A stretch of 62,981 nt of DNA, the filler included, from Craspedostauros australis (Eukaryota), in the NCBI GenBank assembly GCA_030167865.1. It is 8 parts of 8 records of this genome, joined end to end, with 100 filler letters (N's around TTAATTAATTAA, not from the genome) between each part and the next. Parts side by side here need not be neighbours in the genome. Positions count along the whole stretch, not along the records: positions 1 to 11,271 come from JALAGF010006294.1; positions 11,372 to 17,593 come from JALAGF010006295.1; 6 more parts are not named here. One strand, given 5' to 3'. This document shows, one piece after another, positions 1-12,463 of this stretch. The notes beneath the pieces are model-generated. The model was not told the origin of the DNA. It saw only the letters and a program-made list of their open reading frames with translations, and did not search any database. The first letter of the stretch is position 1; every line of letters starts with the position of its first letter. Position numbers and translations under genes: made by a program.

Positions 1-1734
1 ATTGAAGATGATCTTCTTTCTGGATCCATTGATGATGTCCATCACAATGGCGTCGTTACCAATCTGGTAGCCGTTGTACAGCGCCTTGTTCGTAGAGAAA
101 TGGTTCACCCACATCTTGGGTGTGTACTTCACATCGTCAAGTCGGATGATGTGGCATGTGTTGTCTCATTGCTTGACCTTCAAGCAAATGGACCCAATCT
201 TGGGAGAGTCCAGCTTTGTGCTGTCTCCCACTTGTATGAAGGACTTGTTGTGCTGCATGTTGAAGAGGGCAGCGTCTGAATTCACGATGTGACACAAAGC
301 TCCGCTGTCAGCAAGCCAGGTGTCCTTGATGACCTTGTCCTTGTACTTGGTGCTCAGCTCATGGAGCTGTTTCATGGCAGCCGCTGCCATGTCGTCTTCA
401 TGGACTCCATCTTCGTTGTAGGGATTCCCGTCTTCATCATCCATGCCATAGTAGTTTGGCTCTGTGACCGCTGCTGGCCATGTGTCTTCTTGGTGGGTTC
501 CTGTCACCAGATTGTAGGGTGTGACTTGTGGTCGCTCGCGCAGGAGCACCTGCACGCACCCTCCAAGAATGTAGTGCAACTCCGTCTCTGGAATGGGCTC
601 CTCATTCACTCCTTCCAACAAACGGTTGATGATGACTGAGTTGGCAAGGATCTCCTCGATTGATTTGAAGTTCTTGGACAGTATGGTGCCCATCATGCTC
701 GTCCATACGTGTAGTAATCCTCCATTGGCGATCCCTGGGAATAGTTGCATCCCTGCTGCCATCACTGCATCATGGATGAGTTGTCATTGCACTTTCTCTG
801 CTGTCACTGTTGGGTATGGGATCGTGTCATGTCAATAGATGTTGTCCGATCTTCTGGGATCTGCGACTGGTGGGAATTGGATGTCCATTGGGTAGATGAC
901 CTGTTTGTTTGGATTGAACCGGTCTTCCTCTACCGATTTGTTGCTGCTGTCTTTGTCGACGATGCCTGTTCTATTGTTCCCCGCTGCTGGAGGAGGCGGC
1001 GCCTTGCCGCCGTTCGTCTTGTCGCCGGAGACGTCTTCGTTGTCACGATCCGCGCCGTTCTTGTTGGCGCCGGCATCGTCTGCGTTCGCGGCTGCTTCGA
1101 TCTTGATATCAATGGCCTCTGTTCCCATCTCGGCTCCGTCGCCGGGTGGATGAATGATATCGTTCACGCTGAGGCAGCACTCGTAGCTGACTTCACGGCA
1201 TGGATCCACCTTGTGGATGATTGGCTCCTCGCTGAGCCATTCTGGTATGACCTCGTTGTCGCATACTTCGTCGTCGTTCTTGAAGTGCTGGAAGTTGTCA
1301 AAGAATGAGTCTTCGATGTTGTCGGACACCTCCATGCAGAGCGGCGTGTCTCTTGCTGAGAGCACCATCTCGTGGCTGCTCTTGTCGTGTCTTTCCTTCG
1401 CTGTGTTGGTCTGCTCGTCGGCCTTCTTCTTCTCATTGAACTTCTTCTTTTGGCACTCCGCCTCACAATGCCCAAAGATGCCGCAGTAGTTGCATTTCCC
1501 ATTGAATCCATTTCCTGTGTCTTTGTTGTTTCGGTTTCCGTTCTTTTTGATGTTGCTATTGTTACCATTCTTCTTGTGATTCGTTTTCTTCCGTTCAGGA
1601 CAATCTGCAGATCGATGCCAATACACTCCACAGTTATGGCATGTTCCCTTGAAGTTGCTGGTGCTTGCAAACCTGGCATCATTGCTCTTTGAAGCACTGT
1701 CTTGGAAGTCGTCAACGTACGCCTTCCCTCCTTG
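1..1734 (-). mobile_element. Ty1/Copia LTR retrotransposon gag-protease fragment, degenerate
   Basis: One frame with two zinc knuckles (CHNCGVYWHRSADC, CNYCGIFGHCEAEC) and the protease motif TWLADSGALCHI. Three in-frame TGA stops at 832-834, 784-786 and 166-168. Same family as 58798-60501. Cut at 1734 by a solo-LTR-like repeat. Confidence 0.9.
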
Positions 1735-2629
1735 TGTCGAGATGTACATGTGAGTATATGTCGAGATGTACGTGTATATGTGCATCGTTCACCCGTTATT
1801 CTCTCATACGCACTTGNNNNNNNNNNNNNNNNNNNNNNNNNNNNNNNNNNNNNNNNNNNNNNNNNNCATCGTTCACCCGTTATTCTCTCATACGCACTTG
1901 GACGGTATAACTACATTCGTGTCAATAGTATGCTGTGATTCGTCAGAATTGCAGCAGAAATGGAACACACGAAAATGAGCAGAATTTCTGGAGGATATTT
2001 GCAATCGACGATTTCTGAGAGAATTGGAAATATCGTCCGTCCATCCATCAAGAGAAATGTATGGTAACAAGAGAATCTCGAGGTACTTCCCAACTAAACC
2101 TCAGATGACGATATCATCTGACAGACTGCTGCATCACCAATGGAACGTGACATCTGGAGAGCAGAAGGATGCCTACTGATGTCAACAGGATGTCATCATG
2201 TCACCACGTCGACATCTGTCTCCAAGTCAGAGCAGGAGGCAAAGATCCGATGACCAAAGGGCATCAAGATCATGGATACAGGAGACGAACCTCAAATGGT
2301 AAGTACTCATGGAGTAGGAGCCAGTACTGAATGAACAGAGTGTCAAATGCAGAGTACGCATCAAACACGGAGCATGGTGTAGCATGAAGTACATGATGCT
2401 GAGACAGAGAGAGAGAGAATACAAAGAGCAGCGAGAGAGCATCTTGCACACCAACTCATAGTTGGAGACCAAATCTACAAAACAGATTGAAGCGCCAAGA
2501 GCATTGGGCAAGAGAACAAACGGACACCAAGAGGATCGGAGTGCCAACGTAATGAAATAGCAAACGAACAACTATCAACCAATACCATCTTCCATGATCA
2601 TAGGCTTCCGTGAGCGGAACTTGCCAACA
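1735..2629 (+). mobile_element. Solo-LTR-like repeat, copy A
   Basis: Starts TGTCGAGATG and ends GCCAACA. Colinear with 16259-17108 and the reverse complement of 46058-46865 and 57211-58027. Contains an N gap. Confidence 0.8.
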
Positions 2630-4639
2630 TGCATACAACCGGCAATCTTGCTGTTGCCATCACCTCCAATGAAGCAGGTGGGGTCTGTATTGTTGGATGT
2701 GCGCCCTTGCATGTGTATCATTGAAATCTTGGTTAAATGTGTCCAGGACGTCGTCGTTCCAAGCACTATACAGTGCATGGGTTGATTCTATTCGATAGCA
2801 CAAGCCTGTGCACAGTTGGACTCAATAGCAGAGTTGATATCATTGTCTTTGTCAATGCCAATCCTAGTGTTGATGTTTGCATTGTTGATGGCGCTGCGTC
2901 ATGGTTCACATCAAAGGAACACTTCCGTCCTTGTTTCGTTGTTGGAATTTTGCAAAAACTATTATTGTCAATTTTCCACATGAATCGGAATTCTTTTGGA
3001 GGTATTTGTGATGAGCCACAACAACGCGAAACAGTTGATAGTCCCATCGCAATGATACCATAAACGTATTGGTCGGAAAGTNNNNNNNNNNNNNNNNNNN
3101 NNNNNNNNNNNNNNNNNNNNNNNNNNNNNNNCCCTTGCATGTGTATCATTGAAATCTTGGTTAAATGTGTCCAGGACGTCGTCGTTCCAAGCACTATACA
3201 GTGCATGGGTTGATTCTATTCGATAGCACAAGCCTGTGCACAGTTGGACTCAATAGCAGAGTTGATATCATTGTCTTTGTCAATGCCAATCCTAGTGTTG
3301 ATGTTTGCATTGTTGATGGCGCTGCGTCATGGTTCACATCAAAGGAACACTTCCGTCCTTGTTTCGTTGTTGGAATTTTGCAAAAACTATTNNNNNNNNN
3401 NNNNNNNNNNNNNNNNNNNNNNNNNGGAGGTATTTGTGATGAGCCACAACAACGCGAAACAGTTGATAGTCCCATCGCAATGATACCATAAACGTATTGG
3501 TCGGAAAGTCGTAGGAGATACGACAATGATATTTCTCTCTTCGAGGTACTCGTACGCAGATACCGCAAGGAAATAAGTACAGTTTATTTGTTCATGCTGT
3601 GGTTTCTGAGAAATTGTGGAAGTTACCCAAATCCTTGTGCGAAACCAGCCATGCAGTCCCACCACTGAATTGTTGCCTGTCTCAGCACCAGCAACGAGAA
3701 TCGTTCCAAGAAGGGAACAGATCGATTGCGTCACACGGTTCCAAATGAGAACGCCAAGGTAACAAAGCTCGGGATAATTCACCCAAACTCCCCTCAATTC
3801 GCCCTTCAATGGGACGGCTTGCTCGCGATGGCGAGATGTTTTAATCCCTTTGATTGGCTGGGGTCGCCAGCCGTCACGATGGAATAGCGAATCGAACCCC
3901 TCCATCAAGTTTGCTTGTTCGCATTCCTCGATTTTATTGCGAACGCTACACGAGTCGAACCAATCTAAGCAGGAATTTGTCACGGATGAGTCCTGTGCAG
4001 TTCTGGCCCAAATTGGCCCAAAATGTCAATGTGACACGTACTTGGGGTAAAATAATCCGAATGCGAGAATCCTCTATTCTGTGGCCTTGTTCTCTCCAAA
4101 CACGATCATTCACAAAGATCTTCCCAACCGTTCTCAGAACAACAGAACCCGTCCATCACTTCAGCCACACAGACTACGTAATACGAGGATTTGCGAAGCA
4201 GAAGATACGAGGACTGATGTTTGTGTCGTTGCTCTCCTTGAATCATAACACATCCAAATTGCCCCTCCTCTTGCAGCAGCGTAGCACCAACAGAAGCAAC
4301 ACGAACAGCAACCCAACCATTCCGACCTCAAGGCAGATCTCCGTTTCGAACGTGGTAGCGACTTGCTTGTTGCTCTGCTCATTGTTCGACTGCCACGTGT
4401 TGTCCAACCGCTCCTCACAATCAGCATTGCTGTCAACATCAGGCCACTTCTTTGCCGAAGCCGCATTCCTCTCTTCCGATCGCAATCGCTTCGTGGCACA
4501 TCATCGTCACAACAGCCATCAGCATCCACAGCCTCCACAGCATCAACAGCATCAACAGCATCAACAGCAACAGGGCCATTGGCACACATCTGGACTCTCC
4601 CCATCGCTCTCACCAATTCCGTTGATCTCCCCGCTCAAG

Positions 4640-6220
4640 ATGACCAGCAGCACCAAGCAGAAGGACGATGTCCTTGCGCTGCGCCCAGCCAATGAGGACA
4701 TCCACCTCGTCGTCGACAAGGAAAACCGCCCCGTGATGGTCAGTTCGGTCGTGGAATTCCTCATCACCTGCGCCATCGTCCCGGTCTGGGCAGTCGCCGT
4801 CCTCCCATTGGCCGTGGTGTGGCAAGCAGGCAGGTTCCTCATCACCCAGACCCCGCCAGGAGTGGGGCGCGCTCCTGCCGACAACCTGGACTCCGGCTAC
4901 GTCGTCAAGGATGCCGACATCATTCCTCGCCCAAAGCGCAAGTACGATATTGTCATGCTGGGGGCGACCGGATTCACGGGAAAACTGACGGTGCGCCACT
5001 TGGTCAAGACCTACGGATTTGATGGCAAGAAGGGAGAGCCTGTCCGATGGGCCATCGCCGGTCGATCGCAGTCCAAGCTCGACCAAGTCAAGCGCGATGT
5101 CATCGAGGAATTCGCATCCGCTGGCGATGACAAGCAGAAGCTCTTCGATGCCATCGACACCATCCTCGTTGACACCACCGTCCCGGCCATGTTGCCCAAC
5201 CTCGTTCGCGATGCCAAGGCCATCGTCACAACGGCAGGGCCGTTCCATTTGTACTCCGTCCACGTTGTGGAGTTCTGCGCCAAGTTCGGCACCCACTACG
5301 TCGACATCTCCGCCGAGCTCGACTGGTTCCGCAACATGATGGTGACGTGGGGACCGACCGCCAAGAAGACCGGCGCAAGGATCGTCACACTTTGCGGCTG
5401 CGATTCCGTCCCGTGGGATCTTTCCACGATGCGTATGCAAGATGAGATTAAGAAGGCATCCAACGGCCAGGAGGAGCTGGTTTCCATCCAATGTTTTAAT
5501 GAGGTCAACGGAGGAATCTCAGGCGGTACTCTGTACACCTGCTCCTTGCTCATCGATGGCAGTTGCCAGAAACCACCCAAGGTGGATCCGTTCCTCAAGA
5601 CGGCGAAAGGTACCCCCAGCATGGCCCAGACCACGCTCGATCCCCTCGCCTTTATCCCTTCGCCTATCGCATTCCCGTGGAAGCCCAACGCGCCCGCGTT
5701 GTCCATGTGGCGATCGCCCTTCCTCATGACAGCCGTCAACTGCGATGCTGTCAAATGGAGCCAGGCCTTGCGTGGTGCCACGCAGCCACTGGTGTACTCT
5801 GATTTCATGACCACCACCAGCATGCCGACGGCATTGACCGGCGGTATCGGCATCATGATGGCCGCCGTGGCACTCTTGAATCCCATCACCAAGTACCTGT
5901 TGGAGACCTTTGTCTTCCCCAAGCCAGGTGAAGGTCCAGATAAGAAGACTATGATCGAGAAATCGTTCCTGTCAGTCTACTCCAAGGGCGTTGGGTCCAA
6001 GGGCAGCGAGTACGAATCGGTGATCTTCTTCAAGGGTGATGCCGGGTACATCGAGACTGCACGCATGGTGTCGGAAGCCGGACTGTCCATGGCCCTGCAA
6101 GAAGATGAGTTGCCTGCACACGGCGGAGGTTTCTACACGCCAGCCATTGCCATGGGGGATGTGTACCTCAAGCGCTTGATGGCGACCGGGACGCACTATG
6201 CACTGAAGAAGACCAAATAA
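4640..6220 (+). CDS. Saccharopine dehydrogenase-like oxidoreductase / trans-acting enoyl reductase family
   Basis: YDIVMLGATGFTGKL Rossmann motif, WAIAGRS, TTAGPF, GTHYVDIS, CGCDSVPWD, GYIETARMVSEAG, GGFYTPA. Start uncertain, since the frame is open further upstream. Confidence 0.88.
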   Translation: MTSSTKQKDDVLALRPANEDIHLVVDKENRPVMVSSVVEFLITCAIVPVWAVAVLPLAVVWQAGRFLITQTPPGVGRAPADNLDSGYVVKDADIIPRPKRKYDIVMLGATGFTGKLTVRHLVKTYGFDGKKGEPVRWAIAGRSQSKLDQVKRDVIEEFASAGDDKQKLFDAIDTILVDTTVPAMLPNLVRDAKAIVTTAGPFHLYSVHVVEFCAKFGTHYVDISAELDWFRNMMVTWGPTAKKTGARIVTLCGCDSVPWDLSTMRMQDEIKKASNGQEELVSIQCFNEVNGGISGGTLYTCSLLIDGSCQKPPKVDPFLKTAKGTPSMAQTTLDPLAFIPSPIAFPWKPNAPALSMWRSPFLMTAVNCDAVKWSQALRGATQPLVYSDFMTTTSMPTALTGGIGIMMAAVALLNPITKYLLETFVFPKPGEGPDKKTMIEKSFLSVYSKGVGSKGSEYESVIFFKGDAGYIETARMVSEAGLSMALQEDELPAHGGGFYTPAIAMGDVYLKRLMATGTHYALKKTK

Positions 6221-6869
6221 GGAGAGTGATTGCCAGGAAGGTACTGTTGTGTTAAGTTTACTCTAGAGAGGAGATCATGTTGCCTTACGAGCCCGGTAAT
6301 CGAGTCGACCTGCACTTTATTATTGGCCTCCAGAAATTTATCTGGTACCTCCAAACCTGTTGAAACAGGTCTCAATCCTGTTAGCCATGTAGACTGGGTG
6401 GGGCTGCAATTGATTCACGAAGTTAGCTGTTCTGTTTTCCCGGGTTTGTAGGCCGGTCTTTCGCCTTCACGAGTTCGAGCTGTTTGTCACAAGTCAAACT
6501 CATGAATATCTCTTGTTGTCCTGCAAACCCGTAGTTCCGAATCCTATTAGAGGATTTTCGCATTCAGTTCCCCCAGTCCCGAGCAGTCCCACAAGGGAGT
6601 CATAACCTGATAGAGACACTTTTCGAGGGGTGGGATGCGAACTTCCCCCTCCACGAGCTGAATTGAATTCAGTTCCGACGCTCTGAACTGAAATGTTCTC
6701 AGCTCGTGGAGTCCTGGCAAAATTGTCACTTACACGTGGACATAAACTTGTAGCCAATCATGATGCCTTATTTCGTATTGATTTTGATCGTTCTTGTCGT
6801 CTCCATGGCTCTATTTGTGTGGCTGGGGTGCCTCGTCTGCGTTCGATCTGGAACAACGACATCAACGAG

Positions 6870-7540
6870 AGACACCACAGCACGTCGCATCACAGCACGT
6901 TGCATCACAGCACGTTGCAGCACAGCACGTCGCATCACAGCACGTCGCAGCACAGCACGTCGCACCACATCACAGCACATCACAGCACATCACAGCACAT
7001 CGTATCACAGCACATCGTATCACAGCACATCACATAAATCCTCTTTCCTCCGCAGCATCCCCATCCTCATCACCCCACCTCCACTTCACCTCCGTCCCTT
7101 TGTGTCATCAACATCCACTCGCAACAGCCAAGTCTTTCTCACCATCGCTTGCTGTGTGTGTTCATGCACAATCCGCAAGACATCAGCTGCTTCCATCATG
7201 GATCCATCTCATCTTTTTCATCATCCCTCCACCCCTCGCCTCGATGACAACAGCGACTGTCCAGCTGGGACTGGGGCACAACCTCCTCTGCCATCCACCT
7301 TCATCCTCCAACCTCGTTCCTACGCCAACGATGTGAAGCCGCNNNNNNNNNNNNNNNNNNNNNNNNNNNNNNNNNNNNNNNNNNNNNNNNNNCGCAGCAC
7401 AGCACATCGCAGCACAGCACATCGCAGCACAGCACATCGCAGCACAGCACATCGCAGCACAGCACATCGCAGCACATCACAGCACATCACATCACATCAC
7501 ATCACAGCACATCACATCACATCACATCACAGCACATCAC
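6870..7540 (+). repeat. Degenerate CACAG/CACAT pentamer microsatellite tracts
   Basis: cacagcacgtcgcat / cacatcacag arrays at about 6870-7035 and 7393-7540, on either side of a gap. Confidence 0.85.
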
Positions 7541-7704
7541 ATAAATCCTCTTTCCTCCGCAGCATCCCCATCCTCATCACCCCACCTCCACTTCACCTCC
7601 GTCCCTTTGTGTCATCAACATCCACTCGCAACAGCCAAGTCTTTCTCACCATCGCTTGCTGTGTGTGTTCATGCACAATCCGTGAGACATCAGCTGCTTC
7701 CATC

Positions 7705-9218
7705 ATGGATCCATCTCATCTTTTCCATCATTCCTCCACCCCTCGCCTTGATGACAACAGCAACCGTCCAGCTGGGACTGGGGCACAACCTCCTCTGCCA
7801 TCCACCTTCATCCTCCAACCTCGTTCCTACGCCAACGATGTGAAGCCGCCACCAGACTTCACGAGGTGCGCCAGAGTCTCCACTTTGGCGGAGCCTCCAC
7901 AGGACGCAGGCGCGACCTCCGCAGACCACCATGACAGCGAACTCCGCATGATGACCTTCACCAACGAGCGTCCCTCCACAGGACCGCCACACACCGTGCC
8001 AAGCAAGAAGAAGAGAGCCTACCGTCGCAAGAAGCCACCACCTTCTCGTGGCTCCACCTCCAAAACTGCGGCAGTCGACAGCAACAGAAGCAGAGCCAGT
8101 CATCAAATTCTCTCTCCACCACCGTCCAAAGAAGTTCATCACGCTTCTCTCCAATGTACTACGACCACAAGGGCAAGGTGGACTACTTCCCTTGGCTTGA
8201 ATCTCCACAACCCTGCAACCGAATCCTTGTGGCTGAGGTGACAGAGCTTCCACAGAAGCCATGGATACCACCATTTGGTATAGCATGGAAGATCATCTGC
8301 AACGCCGTCCACAAGCGGAACTCGTCAGTGTTTCCGACGGTGCCAAACGAGCCATCGTTGTCCAATCGGTTCACAAACCTGATGAATTTCACTGCAAAAT
8401 TCCTGAGAACTTCCCCGAGCCGCAGTGGCATGGCTGAGAACGTCAAGCAGTGGCTGGACGAGCTCACCTTCCTCCAGCAGCAGCAACAAGACTACATTGA
8501 GGATGCCATCACCTCTGCACGTCGAACATCAGGACGGAAGCGCATCTCGAGCAAACAAATGGCTTGCATGCTCGACCGGCGCCCACCCCAGACAAAAGAG
8601 GAGGCTGCCGAAACCGCACGCAAAAGGAAAGCAGCACTCATCAACACCAAAGCTGCATCTCTCCCTGTGTCCTCCAAGGAAACACAGTCTGCAAAAACTC
8701 CCCGCGCAAGCGCACAACAGCAGATGCAGCACACTGCCAGCCTGCTCGAGAAGCTGGACAGAACACACAACCATTTCGCAGCATGGATGCATCAGGCAAT
8801 GCCTCTGTCTCCTGCGCAATCTGGGCGACATCCCATCATGGCTGCATGGCCTGTCGCTTCCACTACGATACCACCTGTGGAGGCAATGGTATCCATCCAC
8901 AACCACAGCAACGACCACAGCAACAACAACGACAACAACAACAACGACAAATTCCTGCAGTTATTTCTGAATCAGCAAGAGCTGATGCGCGACATGAGCC
9001 GCCGCCAGGAGGAGGATCGCAACCATCTGCAGCACGAGACATCGCAGTTGCGATTCGCACAAGAGAGGATCTCGTCAGATATGAGGTCTCTTGTGGACCT
9101 CATCACCAAGAACAACACCAACAGCAGCATCAGCAACAGCAACGACCACCACGACGGCCACCCCTTCGACAGTCACTGCGATGGCGACGCCAACAGCAAC
9201 AGCAACCAACAAACCTGA
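7705..9218 (+). CDS. Harbinger accessory Myb/SANT-like DNA-binding protein (frameshift or intron near 8100-8150)
   Basis: ORF 8154-9218 has RILVAEV..KPW....AWKIICNAV....SLSNRFTNL....SGMAE, a Myb/SANT-like pattern, then a coiled/low-complexity tail. Convergent with the DDE transposase. Confidence 0.6.
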
Positions 9219-9299
9219 CCCTCGCCAACGCATTCCTTTCCATCGACTGCGCATTTCTCTTTTTGCTGTCCACGCTGCTGTACGTGTCATCATACACCA

Positions 9300-9745
9300 T
9301 CCCATCCATTCAGTTTCCCTCAACTGATCCATTCATCCCTCCACATCTCCGTCAGGCGTTTCATCCTTTCTTGCGCTCATCCACGCATTCATCCATCACT
9401 CCTCCACTTATCCATTGATCCATCGATCTATCCTCCCATCCATCCATCGGCCCGTCCATCTATTCACTCATCCATCCATCCATTTACTCATCCATCCATC
9501 CATTTACTCATCCATTCTCCCATCCATCCATCCACCTCTCCATCCACCCATCCATGCACTATTCCATCCATCCATGCAGCCAGCGATCCATTCATCCACC
9601 CATACATCCATGCATGCAAGGATCGATCTGTGCATAACATAGTGAATTTATCTATCCATGAACCCATCTGTCCATGCATCCATCTGTGCGACCGCCCCTC
9701 CATGCGCTCGTGCATCCATCCGTCCATGCACTCGTCCATCCGTTG
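9300..9745 (+). repeat. (ATCC)n degenerate microsatellite
   Basis: Long catccatccatc array between the two Harbinger ORFs. Confidence 0.85.
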
Positions 9746-10004
9746 CAAGGAGCATCCGCCTCAGCATGCAAATCAATGCGCAAAGTGGAGGTGGCGCAAC
9801 AAAGCGAATGTTGCTGGCAGCCAAAATTGGTGCGCATGCCGATGTGCGCATTCAAGCATCCTTGTGCGGAATCTTGGACGCCGACGAACTATTCGACGAC
9901 GACGCACACAACTGCACATGTAGGCATGGAAATAGTACATGCATAGTGCAATATCTAATTCATATTTTATGTACTAAACCGCCTCCGTCGACCTCTCTGT
10001 GCGT

Positions 10005-11264
10005 CTATGGGATGAGATTGATATACTCTTCAAATGTGAGCTTGTGAGAATGGTATCTTGCGGATTGCTGATTTCCATTCATGGTGCAATGAATGTTGGC
10101 AAGAAAGGCGACGATGTAGCGGATGAGAGTGAGAGGATTCTGCAGAGTCTTGTTGATGCTACGAATAGTCACCAAAGGGAAATTCTTGGTGATCTCCTTG
10201 AACTCCCACTCAACACAGATGCGTCCAGATGCCATGTCTGCATTGCACTGCGCCTCTGATGATCCAGGGACGGTGTGTTTGAATGCACTGAAAATGTATG
10301 GCGTATTGGGATATGCAGGGTCGCCATATAGACGGTAAGGCGGGTTGTTCTCGTCCATGGGCATCAATACTTCCAGGTCCTCCTCGATACGGCTTTTGGA
10401 GTACATGTATCCATCACCGCGAGCACCTGCAATTGGCCCGAAGTAGTGGATGAACAAACCATCTGGCACAACGATGGCCTGATAGTGCAAACCATGCCCA
10501 CGTTTGTAGCCGGAGTATAGGTCTTTTTGATTCTCCTTGGGACGACATGTTTCCCAGAAGGTACCATCGACATAACCGAACACATCATCTACCAAACCGT
10601 GGGTGAGACGATGGTTGTTCTGTGCATAATCAGGAAAACGAGGATGAAATAAACCGATGTTGCTCAGGTATGGCTTGGCGATGGCATAGAAGTAGGAGTA
10701 GAAAGTAGAGACGATGCTGGATATGCGGGTGCTGTCCATGCTGAATCTAGCTTCCATGTCCCACAGTCGTCCACGATGTGCAAGACGGTACAGCATGAGC
10801 AGCAATCCCATTTCGTATGATACGGTGTATCTGTTCTTCACTTGAATGCAAGCAGGGTCATTCTCACCGGACACTGCCTGATACTTTGGCCAGAGACGGT
10901 CGGCCAAGCGTTGGAGGTAGCACACTCGGAAGCGGAAGTGAGGAACAGCTCCGGTGTCCTCCAATTCTGCGATGGCGATGTTGTGATTAGTGTGTAGAGG
11001 AGGAGGACCCAATGGACCGAGATAAAGCTGCTGCATCTCCAGCACATGGCAGCCTAATGCGATGACGTTGCCATAGTGCTGCAGGAGTATGGCAGCGCCA
11101 GCGGGATCCAGACCCTGCCAATCAATCTGCGAAAGCTCGGTTACAGCCTCCACAAATCTGCGATTGGCTTCCTCCAAAGCCTGCCTCTCAGGGAGAGTGT
11201 TCCAAGTTCGTAGCACCATGGGGGTGATTCTGAGAATGGCTAGTGGGCGAGAACGAGTGTGCAT
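10005..11264 (-). mobile_element. PIF/Harbinger DDE transposase (DDE_Tnp_4/HARBI1-like)
   Basis: HFRFR, LLLMLYRLA, GYVDGT (D), YSGYKRGHGLHYQAIVVPDG, LYGDPAY (D), RICVEWEF (E). Uninterrupted 419-aa ORF at a contig end. Confidence 0.93.
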
Positions 11265-11271
11265 GCAATGG

Positions 11272-11371
11272 NNNNNNNNNNNNNNNNNNNNNNNNNNNNN
11301 NNNNNNNNNNNNNNNTTAATTAATTAANNNNNNNNNNNNNNNNNNNNNNNNNNNNNNNNNNNNNNNNNNNN
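11272..11371. other. Artificial contig spacer (N44-TTAATTAATTAA-N44)
   Basis: Identical 100-nt spacers at 11272, 17594, 22789, 52832, 54711, 58698 and 60502. The 12-mer gives stops in all six frames. Confidence 0.97.
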
Positions 11372-12463
11372 TCGAATGGACTGCTCCTTGAAGCCTTCTG
11401 TTGTCTGCGCAGGTTGGCCGGCAGAAAGGACTGTGCTTTCGTCACCGTCACCGTCGCCGTGGTTGTCTTGTGTGTTTGTGTATGATAGCGCCTCGTTTCC
11501 GACGACATCGACCAGGTTGGGAATGAGCTTGTTGAGCGATTGCAGCTCATCGATGTTGAGATCATCCGTGATGCGCTGCCTGATCACATCGAAGGTTCGG
11601 GCGTCCTCTTCTCCACGGTGCTTGGTGTCAACACGGCTTCTTGGAAGAGCGCAGATCTGTGAGCACAGATCGGCCATCGCGGTTCGGAAGCCAGAGTACG
11701 GTTCATCCATCTGCTTGAGATCGAACTTTCCGGACACGAAGAAGACGTCGTTGGCCTTGCACTTTGGTCGCAGTGTGTTGGCCAGGGCCGACTTTCCAGT
11801 GCCCGAGTATCCGGAGATGGACACGAGAGATCGGACCGTTCCCGTTTCCAAGTTTGAATGTTGCTCGATGGCATTTGCATTACCCCGCTTGCTTGTATTG
11901 CTGCCATCTTCATTCGGACCCGTTGACCTCTCTTCGTCTGATGAAGATGGAGATGGCAGTGAGACTGCGGACGTTGGCTTCTTGAGGATCTGCCGGAATA
12001 GACGGTCAAGGACGCGCTTCTCCTTTTCTCGTCCGATGAGACTGATGCGCGAGAAGTCGAGAGAGCTTTGGGAGAGTTCCGCTAGCTTTCTGGCTGTGCG
12101 CATGCGGTTGGTCTCTGTCGCAAGCACTAGTTGCCGTTCCGCGATTTCGTTCGGCCCTCCATCTCGGCTTGAAGAAAGCTTCCTGGTGGTGAATGTGTGG
12201 GGTTGTTCGTTACCAAAGTGGCGACTATCAGCGCTGCTCCCAATGCTGAAGTGTGTGGATGGCAAAACCGACGATCTGGAGAAGCCAAGCGTATCCACGA
12301 CGGACGAAGATCGCGCCTTGTATCCAATCGTTTTCAACTGCTCGTTGTCGTTCGCAGATCCAGAGTGATCACTGGAACTGTCGCCGTCAACGGTGCGAGA
12401 TGTCGAGGTCCCGTCATCGAGTTTGCTGCCATCGTGGTCGCGGGATGGAGTTGCGGTGATCAT
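11372..12463 (-). CDS. STAND-class AAA ATPase (COG3899/AAA_16-like), N-terminal part, truncated by contig end
   Basis: LIGREKEKRVL, P-loop ISGYSGTGKSALA, FFVSGKFDLKQMDEPYSGF, LNKLIPNL. Confidence 0.85.

Noticed and set aside
2704..3510. Apparent ~380-bp tandem duplication
   Set aside because: Essentially identical copies on either side of a 50-N gap, so an unmerged contig overlap.
7036..7850. Apparent ~300-bp direct repeat (LTR-like)
   Set aside because: Flanks a 50-N gap next to a microsatellite, with only a few SNPs. Allelic or assembly overlap.
6760..8241. 493-aa His/Ser/Thr-rich ORF
   Set aside because: Largely a translation of pentamer microsatellites through an N gap and a duplicated block.
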